From Macrostomum lignano (lineage: Eukaryota): DNA of 64,000 bases. Made by a program: the position numbers and the translations under genes. The stretch is taken from positions 1-64,000 of the forward strand of contig NIVC01002032.1 in assembly GCA_002269645.1 (NCBI GenBank). The letters are read 5' to 3'. Numbering within the stretch: the stretch's first letter is position 1; every line of letters starts with the position of its first letter. Under the pieces are notes generated by a model. The model was not told the origin of the DNA and did not search any database. It worked only from the letters and a program-made list of their open reading frames with translations. Positions 48,601 through 60,303 of this stretch are shown here, one piece after another.

Positions 48601-50493
48601 TAGACACGGAACTCAAATAGACACAGAACTCAAATAGACACGGAACTCAAAAAGACACGGAACTCAAAAAGACACGGAACTCAAATTGACACGGAACTCA
48701 AATAGACACGGAACTCAAATAGACACGGAACTCAAAAAGACACGGAACTCAAAAAGACACGGAACTCAAATAGACACGGAACTCAAATAGACACGGAACT
48801 CAAAAGTTGAGGATAGGCAGAGGGGGACCCAGGTTACACCCAGGTTACGAGTTCTGGGTGCAACCTGGCAACCCCAGTGTAACCTGGTGTAACCTGTAAC
48901 AGACATACAGACCTCGTAATTGTGGGTGTAGGTTAAAGGATTGTGGCTGCAGGTTAAAGGATTGTGGGGGTGCAGGTTAAAGGATTGTGGGGGTGCAGGT
49001 TAAAGGATTGTTTGGTTGTAGATTAAAGGATTGTGGGGGTGCAGGTTAAAGGATTGTTTGGTTGTAGATTAAAGGATTGTGGCTGCAGGTTAAAGGATTG
49101 TGGGGGTGCAGGTTAAAGGATTGTGGGGGTGCAGGTTAAAGGATTGTGGGGGTGCAGGTTAAAGGATTGTTTGGTTGTAGATTAAAGGATTGTGGGGGTT
49201 CAGGTTAAAGGATTGTTTGGTTGTAGATTAAAGGATTGTGGCTGCAGGTTAAAGGATTGTGGGGGTGCAGGTTAAAGGATTGTGGGGGTGCAGGTTAAAG
49301 GATTGTTTGGTTGTAGATTAAAGGATTGTGGGGGTGCAGGTTAAAGGATTGTTTGGTTGTAGATTAAAGGATTGTGGCTGCAGGTTAAAGGATTGTGGGG
49401 GTGCAGGTTAAAGGATTGTGGGGGTGCAGGTTAAAGGATTGTTTGGTTGTAGATTAAAGGATTGTGGGGGTGCAGGTTAAAGGATTGTTTGGTTGTAGAT
49501 TAAAGGATTGTGGGGGTGCAGGTTAAAGGATTGTTTGGTTGTAGATTAAAGGATTGTGGGGGTGCAGGTTAAAGGACAGTTCAAAACACGAGTATCTAGT
49601 GCGTAGACAAAATAATACAAGTTCACATTATTGATAAGGAACATACATGCGCAACCTCCAAAACTTGGTCGGCCATGCGACTTAGTTTTAACAAAAATGC
49701 GACGTAGTTTTTGGCCAAAAATGCGACTTACATGTAATAAAAACCCTAAAGCAAAATTAACGCAACTTTGGGTAAACGGCAGGAGTACCTGTAACTGTCT
49801 TATTAGGTCAAAATGCCTCGTCAGCTACTTAGTAATACTACTTGGGTATTTTTCGGGTGGGTATTTTTGCGACTTCCTTGATTGGCTGCCAAATCGGTCG
49901 GCCGGATCGGCCGACTCGGCCGACTGTTGCTCATGTATGATAAGGAAGAAAATTTGTCACACAAAACGTTTATAGAGGTTCATAAATACAAAGGACTATC
50001 CGGGGCACTTAAATCTGCCAGGGAAACCTGAGACGCTGTGCCGAACAATATGATTTTTTAAAGACTCGCCCGCATGAATAGAAGACATTAGAAGAGATTA
50101 ATGAGGATAGAAGAATGGGTGATTAATTTCAAGCAGGAATTCGAGATGCAACTAAAAGCAAAGCGGTGACAGCAAAAGCAAAAGCCAGCGGTGACTCAGA
50201 CATCAGATTTACAGCTCCGTCAGTGAGTTGCTCAGCATTACGTCCCGTTTTTGCTCATAATTTACCTGCGTGGCTCTGGTAAAAACTAGAGAACTTATAA
50301 GAGAACCCAGAAGCATCTCAGAGATTTTGGGTCTTTAGTTAAGATAACAGCAAGCCTCAGGCATCAGATTTGCGATCAATCACTAAAGTGGATCAGCATT
50401 ACGTCCCGTTTGTGTCATCACTGCTTGCTTATTGAATAGTTTGTTGGTTAGGAATAGAAGAGACCCATATAGCTAGATAGATGATAGATAGAT

Positions 50494-50532
<39 letters not shown>

Positions 50533-50573
50533 GATAGATAGATAGATAGATAGATAGATAGACAGGCAGACCC

Positions 50574-50610
<37 letters not shown>

Positions 50611-50679
50611 TAGACACACAGATAGACACACAGACAGACAGACAGATAGACACACAGATAGACAGACAGATAGACACAC

Positions 50680-50710
<31 letters not shown>

Positions 50711-50929
50711 TAGACAGACAGATAGACACACAGATAGACACACAGACAGACAGACAGATAGACACACAGATAGACACACAGATAGACATACAGATAGACA
50801 CACAGACACACAGACAGACAGACAGATAGACACACAGATAGACAGACAGATAGACACACAGATAGACACACAGATAGACACACAGACAGACAGACAGATA
50901 GACACACAGATAGACAGACAGATAGACAC

Positions 50930-50968
<39 letters not shown>

Positions 50969-50969
50969 T

Positions 50970-51014
<45 letters not shown>

Positions 51015-51015
51015 A

Positions 51016-51088
<73 letters not shown>

Positions 51089-52836
51089 CAAAAGCAAGCC
51101 AGGCCGCACTCACTTCGGATCCAAGGCCAGCACAGGCAGCATACTGGCGGCACCCTGCAGCATGTAGTGGCCAGCCAAGTACTCCGGGGTAGCGCCCAGC
51201 GGCACCTGGGAATCGTACACAACCAGGCCCACCTTGGACCATTTGTCGAACGGGTCCAGATTGACGCCGCGAGAAATGAGCGCCTGCGCCAAATCTTTGC
51301 GCCGAGTTTTCAACGCATTGGTTCGCAACGTCAGCGGCCTGTCGACTTCGTTGGATTGTAGAAAGTCCAGGATGTCCTTTGGATAGAGGTCCAGCAGGCG
51401 GCGCATTAGGAAAGCGTTATAGGAGAATCGCATGCAGAGCAGGCTGCACAGCCGGTCCAAACAGTCGGATCGGGAGAATTTAGCGCCAGTTTTTGGGGAC
51501 TTCTTCTTCTTAGCCTTCTCGACACTGTCGCCGGAGTTGCCTAGCAACTGGAGCAGACTGTCGATGCGGCCATCAAGCTCGGAGAGATCGGCAGGAGCCT
51601 GGGAATTTTTATTAATGTTGAAGTCAGTCAGTCAGTCAGTCAGTCAGTCAGTCAGTCAGTGAGTCAGTGAGTCAGTGAGTCAGTGAGTCAGTGAGTCAGT
51701 CAGTCAGTCAGTCAGTCAGTCAGTGAGTCAGCCAGTCAGTCAGTCAGTGAGTCAGTCAGTCAGTCAGTCAGTGAGTCAGTCAGTCAGTGAGTCAGTCAGC
51801 CTTACCTGCTGCAAATCTGCTGCTTTAGCGGCCTCGTCCTCATCAGCCTGGCCAGCCTCTTCGGCGTCATCATCTTCGCCAGCCTCATCTGCAGCCTCCT
51901 TTTCAACGCCTTCGCTGCTGTCAGAATCCTCAGCCTCGTCGGCATCCTCATCGCTGATAGGAAAATCGTCGTTTAAAAAATCTTCGTCTTCTTCTTCTAG
52001 CAGAGTCCGGCCAGCAGTTCCTCCTTCCTCTTCAGCTGAGTCGTCTTCATCCAGATCGAGTCGCAGTCGTTTGCTGCTTTTATTGGCTTCGGCCGTTTGA
52101 GCTTGCTCCAGCTCGTCTAGACTGTCCATGTCTTCGTCTGCCTCGTCAGACTCTTCTTCATCCGGGCGTGGAGGCTTCGGTGGACTGTTGGATTTGACGT
52201 GGTTGGGTCAATTAAGGTCAATCAGTGGACACCCCGGGATGTCTGTGGGGCTGTGTTAGAATCAGTGGACACCATGGGATGTCTGCGGGGCTGTATTATT
52301 AGAATCAGTGGACACCCCAGGTGTCTGCGGGGCCGTATTATTAGAATCAGTGGACACCCCCAGGTGTCTGCGGGGCTGTATTATTAGAATCAGTGGACAC
52401 CCCCAGGTGTCTGCGGGGCTGTATAACTAGAATCAGTGGACACCCCAGGTGTCTGGGATGCTTATGATCTTAAGATGTATTTCTATTCTCTATAAACGCA
52501 AAATTTACAGGTGCACAAGCAGAACAATCAGAATTAGTCCATGGTTTTAATGCCAATCAATAAAAGCACACACACTGACCCAGCATTATCGCCATTCGAC
52601 CGTTGCTGTTCAAGCTTTTTCTTTTGCTTCTCCATTTTCTTAGCAGCAACTGTGGCCTGTTTAACAACTCGCCGTTTCATTCGCTGCTTCTGCCGACTGC
52701 TCAGCTGACGCGGGCCGGCAGCCTCCTCTGCATCAACCTCAGTCTCAATACTAGCCGGCAGCTTGGGGTCTTTCTGCTTTCGAGTTTTGCGACCCGGACC
52801 CCGCTGCGACTGCAGGCGATAGTCTTTGCGGCCCAT
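45694..52836 (-). CDS. NOP2: NOP2/NSUN1 28S rRNA m5C methyltransferase, about 603 aa. Exons 52836-52580, 52184-51806, 51598-51114, 46384-45694
   Basis: N-terminus MGRK...[11 protein letters not shown], acidic region, [106 protein letters not shown]. Both catalytic Cys motifs are present. Phases 2/0/2 are consistent. Confidence 0.96.
46416..48805. repeat. Head-to-head inverted array of a 17-bp unit (TTTGAGTTCCGTGTCTA): about 30 copies at 46416-46933 and about 90 reverse copies at 47250-48805
   Basis: The right array GAACTCAAATAGACACG is the reverse complement of the left unit. Lies in NOP2 intron 3. Confidence 0.95.
46938..47234. mobile_element. About 297-bp MITE with about 100-bp imperfect TIRs and a candidate 8-bp TSD
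   Basis: gcccgccgagatttgcccgcatgcttttttctgcagcgcattt...gtctgcattgcc pairs with 47141-47234. Flanks are GTCTGCTT (46930-37) and GTCTGTTT (47235-42), 7/8 identical. Confidence 0.7.
48920..49575. repeat. 23-bp minisatellite (GGTTAAAGGATTGTGGGGGTGCA)n
   Basis: Direct reading. Confidence 0.95.
50182..50274 (-). ncRNA. C/D-box snoRNA paralog (divergent box C) in NOP2 intron 3
   Basis: Minus strand: TTATGA (variant C), aaaaacGGGACGTAATG-CTGA(D'), ...aaatctgatgt-CTGA(D). Flanks AGCCA/TGGCT and GGT/ACC can pair. Confidence 0.65.
50349..50429 (-). ncRNA. C/D-box snoRNA, U82/SNORD82-like, in NOP2 intron 3
   Basis: Minus strand: AGCAAGC-ag-TGATGA-cacaaacGGGACGTAATG-CTGA-tccactttag-TGATTGA-tcgcaaatctgatgc-CTGA-g-GCTTGCT. 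Perfect 7-bp terminal stem, sense to the host gene. Confidence 0.88.
50470..51090. repeat. (GATA)n grading into (GACA)n
   Basis: Direct reading. Confidence 0.96.
51623..51800. repeat. (AGTC)n microsatellite filling NOP2 intron 2
   Basis: Direct reading. Confidence 0.95.
52215..52455. repeat. About 35-bp tandem repeat in NOP2 intron 1
   Basis: TAGAATCAGTGGACACCCCCAGGTGTCTGCGGGGCTGTATTAT repeated. Confidence 0.9.
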
Positions 52837-55800
52837 TGAGAGTCAACTAGCTGTAGTAGTTGCCAGGGTGCATGTACTAATGCCATTTTTTGAGTATGTG
52901 ATTTGCTCAGCTCAATACAGAATTACAGATTGCACTTGAATGAAATCTTAGATAGCAGTTAATGTAAAATAAAATGGTCATTTTATTGTTTACTTTCAGT
53001 AGTTATTTTTACAAAAGAAATAATTTATTAGTAAACTTTAAATCAAAGCCACTAAATGTACAAGAATGGCATGGGTAGACCACAGATACTAGAATAACTA
53101 GATGGGCCACTCAGCAAATTTGTTTGAAATCTACTTTTAGTTCAGTAGTATGTTAAACAGGAGCATCTTAATGTATTTTTAAAGCCAAGGCTCATTTATT
53201 GGCTCTTACCCCCCCCCAGCTTAAACTCTCCAACTGTGCCTTTCCACACTACTCCCCTCCACATGGCCCCAATTTTTATTGCCTAAAGCTGCCTTGTACA
53301 TTTCAATGGCTATTGTACATTATGGATGAACCAATTAGCAAGTTGCTTTCATCTGCAAGCTAAATTTAAATTTAGGCTTCTAAATTTATCAAAGCATTTC
53401 ATCTGGCTTTATTTTATAAAATACCTAGTATATTATTCATTGCTACTGAACTGAATGTAGAAAGCTGTTTTACTAAGCATAAATGCCTGAGTGACCTATC
53501 TAGTTATTTTAATGTCTGTGGAGTAGACTAAGGAATCTTAAAAAAATTGTATATATTCACTTCATTATAGTGTAAGGTTGCCTTAAGTATAAATGATTAT
53601 AAAGGACCTAGAAATTTTTTAAAACAATATAAACTAGCTTTGTCATAATGTTAAGTCCATATGTCCAAATATCTACTATGAGCTACACAAAATTAGTTTA
53701 AAAATTTCATAGGTGGCTACAATCTAACAAATTCAGGGAGAGAATAAGATTAAAGTAAGTTTAAGTAGACATAAAACAAACAGTATACATATTGGTATAT
53801 ATATAACTATAAATGTTTTTAGCAATCAATTTTTTAAATAGAGCATTTTTTGTCATTTAAAAAGTTTATTGCTTATATACTAACATTAGTTTCTCATAAG
53901 TGAAAGTCCATTTTTATAATATAAAATTTACAAATTAAGTTATAGAATAAATATTAATAATATTTTATATTTCAATTTTTTTTACATTATAAATAATGAA
54001 AAAGCATTTTAAAAGTTAAAAGTATTTCTTACTTTATAAGTTAAACAACTAATAATACTTTCAAAAGCCCAATTTAAAATACTTTCTATTTGGCTTATTT
54101 TTTATGCAATATAAACTTAAAAGTATAAAATCTAGCAAATCTAGCCGACACACAGGTTGTACAACGCAGACTTTTGAACATTGAGATGAGGTGGATCTTT
54201 GGACTTTTTGATTGGCTGTATTTCCGCAACCTTCCAGATCCTTGCAACTTCTAAGTTAGGCTATTATTCTTACGTTGCGACCTTTGTGAAACTAGTGCTT
54301 TTATTTCGAAGTTTCTTTTTACTATTGCATTAATACTTCCTTTGCAGCAAAATTCTTTTCTACACCTTTAATACTTGTTTTGTTGTATTTTACTACCTAA
54401 ATCATCGTTTTATTGCTTATTAGTATGTTTAATAGTGCTTTCTTATTGACTAGTGTTTATTGCTTACCAGTGTTTTATTAATAGATCTAATGTTTTTGCT
54501 TAGTACTAATAGTAGCATAGTGTGATAATTGCCTGTTAATTTTCTGCACTTATAGAGCACCCACACTATAACTTATCTACACCTTTCATATAGTGCACTC
54601 CTAAAACTTTTCACATTTTTCTGCATAGTAGAAAATTTTTGCACTCAATTTACTATCGGTATATTTCATTTAAATTTTTTTAGAGGAGGTAGGTTGTGCA
54701 GGGCGATCTATAATTTTATGAGTAACAATGTTTTCAAATTTGTGCTTGAAAACTAAGTAAACAGTTTGTTATACTGTACGACTTTCTCATAATATTTTAC
54801 GAATATAATTTTTGTTTTAATCTATGAGTAAAAAAATAGTATAAATAGAACCAATTTTGGCGGAGGGAGAAGCAACCTTGCTCATTGGGGTTCACTAATG
54901 AAACATAGTGAAGAGTAATAGTTCCGAGAAAAATATAATTGAAGAAGTGTTTTCCTATGTTAATTCTTTTAAGAAGAGCGAAGTAGACCGAAGTGTATAC
55001 AGTACATACTACTGAGAAGTAGCAGCATTGAGTAGTAAGGAATTACGAAGTAGATCTGAAGTATTATGTGTAAGAATAACCAGAGGCTATGACCCTCTGA
55101 TCTCGGTAACGCCAAGGACTTAGAGAGTACATGTGATACATATACTAGTAAGCCAATATACCACTCAGGCCAACTTACTAGAACACTACTAGAATAATAA
55201 CAAATGCTACCAGAATAATATACTTATAAAGACCAAATAATATACTCAGACAAATTCTAAGAAACAATTTTCAGATTATTCTAAGATTGATAAACTCATA
55301 ATTTATTAATAGAATAATCTTGGTGGCAGCTACCAACATAGGACATTTAATATTTATATAGGAAGTTACCCCTTTGACAACTTTAGTGACAGCTATAAAA
55401 TCATTTGTAGAGACAGAAGAATAACCACTGTTAAAACTTGGTGGCAGCAAGAAGACTAACAAAAGAATAATTAAGAGCCCTGGGACAGCTTTTGGTGGTA
55501 GCTATAGGATTAAAATTGATAAAGTAGGAGGCGAAAGCATTGTAACAATATAGACAAATTTAAGTATAAGGCCAAGGGGGCAAGATAACTATCCCTTTTT
55601 GTAGCTAGCAATAACAGTATCCAATTTTCTTTGGGCTAAAGTCTATTACCTTAAAGTTTTCTTAGTATAATACTCTAATATTATATTAGTGTCCTTTTAT
55701 CTATACTATGGTAGTATCCTTTTTGTTAATCTTATAGGCTTAACATTCCTTTTATCTACATATAGTATCTTTTTAATATATATTATAGGCTTAGAAACCC

Positions 55801-56183
55801 TACTTTTATGGTTAAAATATACTTTTCTTCCATAGTTTGGAATAGCCTAAATGTTTTGCTGGACTAAAATCTCCTACAATTTATTTGGTACGCCAGTGTA
55901 TGCCAAATGTTTTCTAGCCTGGAAAAAATTGTAATCCTGGAAAAAACGAAGCTTGATATGAGCTTTGTTTCTGGTGTCATGGCATACCAAATGACCTTTT
56001 TTGCTTCTTTGTTTTACTTTTTTTGCTTTTTAGCTGATACTCTTTATAGTAAGAAGCCAATATATACCAAGATTTCTTTCATTCTTTCGAAAAAACTACT
56101 ATTTATTTAAATTTACTTTTATTTCACAATTTAATTCTGCAACTGCAGAACATATAAGTCACTTTTTTATTATCAATTTTTAT

Positions 56184-56372
56184 ATGCTAGATAACATACA
56201 TGCAACCTTGGGAATCACCCGGCCGTTTCTATTGGCAACACACACATGTAAGTCGCTATTGGCTGAGAGCAGTCACGTGACTACTATTCTGTCCAATAGC
56301 GACATACATGTGTGTGTTGCCAATAGAAACGGCCGAGTGAATCCCAAGGTTGCGCCCAAGCATGCTAGATAA
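56184..56372. mobile_element. 152-bp near-perfect palindrome (56202-56353) flanked by 11-bp direct repeats; MITE-like
   Basis: 61-bp arms with 3 mismatches. The loop contains AGTCACGTGACT. ATGCTAGATAA occurs at 56184-94 and 56362-72. Confidence 0.7.
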
Positions 56373-58607
56373 TATGCCAGATTTAAAAAATTTGTATGCC
56401 AAGTGTATACCAAATAATTCTAGTGTACTCCCTCTTTTTTAGACTGGCTTTTCATAGTATATATCTGTTTTTTTTTAATTTACCTTCTAATTAATATTTG
56501 TCAAATTTTTTAAATAAATTAGTTATTTATTATTCTAATACAATTGACAAATCATTTTAATGTAAGCATAAAATCTAGGCCCTAATATTAATAGGTCTCA
56601 TGAAAGTTGAAATAATTGATTTATTTATAAAAACTGGTTTGATTTCTATTCTAATGCCAAAATTAACATTGGCAATATCATTTGACTTGTAACTTGTAGA
56701 ATCTATTATTATAATTATAAAAAAGCAAAAATTATTGCAAAAATACTTAAAATTATAAAAATAGATACTAAATAACTAAATAAAACACAAAATAGTAAAC
56801 ATAAATTAAAATTGAGAGCATGTTTAGACTGGAAGCATAGTAGGCCCAGAGGCCAAGGGACTATACAAATTATAAGATTAGCCTAGGCCTATAAATATAA
56901 GTTTTTTCACTAATATAATAATAGAAGTTAAGAAGTATATACATTATTAAAATGCCAGATTTAGAGACACTTCAGCCATGTCTATAATCCAAAAACTTAT
57001 AGAAACGGTAGGCATGTCTCTAATAGTGATTAGGTCTATACTTATAAATATGGCTGAGCCACTATGTCTATAATATTTGAGCTTATAGACAGCAGTTGCG
57101 TGTGTCGATACAATAGAGAATGTATCTTATTCTCACATTGGAGACAAGTGACAATGGCCATGCTAGTCTATATAGGTAGACTAGTGCCAGTGGCCATGTT
57201 ATTAATATTAAAAATAGGCCCTAATACTTAAAGACATGGAGGGTGGCTATGTCCCTAATAAAGAATCCATTCAACACTAGAGACAGCAGTGGTCTCTTAA
57301 TTTATTGCCAAATTTAAAGCAATAGTACCATGCGTGCTTACTAATGTGTCTATAAGCTCTAACATTATTAGGCCTAGACACGGCCACTGTTTTTATAAGT
57401 AGGCCTATTCCATTATTAAAATACCTTTTTTGCTTAACCTTTACTTTATGATTCTAGGCTGTGCAATTTTTTTTCAAAAAGTAAAAATCACATCAACACA
57501 AAAAAATAATTAAAAACTTTTTAAATTCTCTCGTGTTGTCTATTTGACTATTGTCTTGAATGATAATAAACAGGCCTATATAGTAATAATTGTCTGACAT
57601 ATCTGTGTCTGACATATCTGTGTCTGACATATCTGTGTCTGACATAATATACTTGTAATTAGATAAGTAAATAGTCCAGTAGATATAACTGTGAAATAGT
57701 ACTAAAGAACATAAAACTGAATTGCATTTAACTTGTAAGATAAATATACTGGTTCCAGCCAGTGCAATAGCGGATTGACGATTTATTAAATGATAAATCT
57801 GAGACAGAGATTGATTTTTCATTTCGCCGAATTTTTTTCTATAGGTAATACTCATTAGGCCTAGTCATTATTATGCACATATGTAGATGACATACATACA
57901 TATACATGTACCTTAATAATTGCATTAGTTCAAAATTTTCTAAATTTTGCGCACCTAGTTCCATTGTTTTCCTGAAAAATTGAGTAATGCAAGTTTTGTG
58001 TTTAGGATTTCGTTTAAAACTTCCAGGATTTGCTTTTTAAAGTTACAATATTGTGAAAAACTGGAAACTTTTATTTACCAAAATCGTTTTATTAAATAAT
58101 AGTTTGATAACCTGAAGACAGAAAACAGTATTTAAAAAAATTGAATTTGCAAAAAAATAATATCTGTGTTTTAGTTTATCTATAGTAAGCAACTCCAGGC
58201 CGGACTTTTTTTAACTTTAGTTTCGTAAACCTTATGCTGGATAACTAAAACTAAAAGGGTTGGTCGAAAACTTGTCTAAGCCATTGCACTTGAGACTCAG
58301 AACGCAATTTTATTGCAGATAGCTGAGAAAATTAAAATAATATATAGTTATCAATGAGCTTTTAGTGTACTTTATATAATTATTGGCCTACTTACTTACT
58401 TCAAGTTACTTGTTCTAAATAAATGCTAGGTCTAGACTCTAGGACAGGACAATGTGCGCGATAATTTTTTTACAATATATCTGAGCTTAATGCATTGTCT
58501 CTGTACTATTTGCTCATTGTTTAGTTGCCTTGTTTGGTCCCTAACCTAAAATTAGGACCTATATCAATTATAATTGTCAATTATGAATTATGTTATGAAA
58601 CATTATC

Positions 58608-59171
58608 GGCAATCCTACACTTCCGTTCGGTGGATTGTTTTAACATTTGAATTCGTACCACCGAGTCAAATGACGTCAATTGGCAATGTGTCTATGGCCA
58701 AAAGTTTGAGCGAACAGAGTTTAAGGGGGTGTCAGTTTAAGGGAGCTGTTGCTTGTGAGCTGCTTGTTTTTTGAGCTTCAATTTCTCTCATTTCCCATCG
58801 GCTGCACTTCGTAGATCCAGCAGACCTAACAGTCCACACCAACACCGTGGAGGGCACATAGGCCCACGCAAAGTGCAAGATCTGCAACATGCATAGCACG
58901 AGCGATGCTCTCTTCGATGCACACATTGAGGAATTCCTCTGGCATTGTCTATATCCCCAATGTCCATTTGGGGCTATCCTGTACTGGATTGGACATTACT
59001 ATCCATTATAGACACCTTAATGACCTGCAGACACACTCTAAGTGACTATGCACTCTAACAGACTGCTACCACGTTCCACTGTTTCAGTTTTGTTTGGTTA
59101 CATTGTTATTTAACACGCCTGTTCAAAATTCAGTGTCAAAATAATTTACCGAACGGAAGTGTAGGATTGCC
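58608..59171 (+). mobile_element. Non-autonomous Merlin (IS1016/IS1595-related) DNA transposon, 564 bp, with a C-terminal transposase remnant at 58805-59011
   Basis: Perfect 24-bp TIR GGCAATCCTACACTTCCGTTCGGT and exact 8-bp TSD ACATTATC (58600-07 and 59172-79). The remnant HFVDPADLTVHTNTVEGT*AHAK...FDAHIEEFLW...AILYWIGHYYPL* matches the IS1595/Merlin FVDP...HTNxIExxW pattern. Confidence 0.92.
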
Positions 59172-59993
59172 ACATTATCAATTATTATGAATTATGAATT
59201 AGAAATTAAACATTAAAAATGCTGGGCCTTGTTTGATTAATTAGGCCTAGGGGCCTAGCCTGGCTCTGTTTTAACTAAGCAAGGCCTAAATGCTAAACTA
59301 GGTTTTTGTCATTTTATAAAAATTATATTCAATTAATTAAGTACTTACTAAGTAGGCCCTACTAGTACTATTTTATGAATATCATTTATCAAACAAAAAA
59401 GCCTAGAACAAGGTTTATCAAATGAGACTATTTTTATAATGATTTGTAGAGAAATATAGACTTTAGAATCTTTTGTCCTTCCTTTCCCTAAACTAAAAAC
59501 AAAGTTGATATTAGGGGCTTAGGTAAAATCAAAATTTTAGCCAATATAGGTTAGAAAGAATGTTTCTTTATAGAGGCCTAATATAAAATTTATAAATATT
59601 CATTTTTGGAAAGTTTTATTTCAATAGCTAAAAAGATATGGATACAGACAAATGACAAATATATTTTTGCTAAAATCCTAACTTAGGAATTAAAGTTTTT
59701 AAGATAGCCTTTAGCCAAGGCCTAGCTAGGCTACTATCAATGGGATTTAGAATTTAAAACCTATTTGATCTGCATTCAATCATATCTAACATTTGATTTA
59801 ATAGCTATATTAGCTTTAAACTAAATAAACAAAATAGAATATTAGATTAAATAAGAGAATATGATTTTTTGATAATAAAATAGTTCAAATTTTATCTAAC
59901 TAAATAAATCTAAGATAAAACTCCTATGTTATCTTTTAGATTAAGATTTTATGATAAGATTATTTATGGTTGTACTGCTATAAGAATAAGATA

Positions 59994-60260
59994 AAGGTTG
60001 GCAAATTTTTTTATCTTGAAGGCCAGATCAAGAATCTAGCTTATGGATGTAGACCAAAAGAAAGTAAAAAGAAAAGGATAGAACATATAAGATGAGAGAA
60101 AAGAGAAGAAGAGAAGCCTGAAAAGAAAAAACAAGGAGAGATGGGAAGAAAAAAATAAAGAAAAGAAAGTTGAGAAGAGAGAAAAGATAAGCATGCCATA
60201 TTGCTATTGTAAAGTTAAAGTTACTACATATTTCAAAGCATCTACAGGCCAGAGCTTACT
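59994..60260 (-). mobile_element. Old, heavily deaminated copy of the hAT-Charlie-like MITE at 61276-61876, in inverted orientation
   Basis: 60001-60057 and 60191-60216 align with the reverse complement of 61812-61866 and 61352-61377. A central GA-rich tract mirrors the CT-rich tract of the younger copy. Confidence 0.7.
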
Positions 60261-60303
60261 TTCTAGCACTCATTAGATGTTTCTTTTTTTGAATGATTTT
60301 CAG

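Noticed and set aside
48829-48897. Small hairpin CAGGTTACAC(C)CAGGTTAC...GTAACCTGGTGTAACCTG
   Set aside because: Too short to assign. No Helitron CTRR end or TSD recognised.
54940-55560. Possible decayed coding sequence (Trp-rich patch, stops that could derive from C-to-T)
   Set aside because: No recognisable protein motif. Cannot be distinguished from non-coding DNA without a translated search.
57493-57855. 120-aa minus-strand ORF with SDTDM repeats
   Set aside because: AT-rich, starts at a non-ATG codon, and the repeat is just an 18-bp unit present three times.
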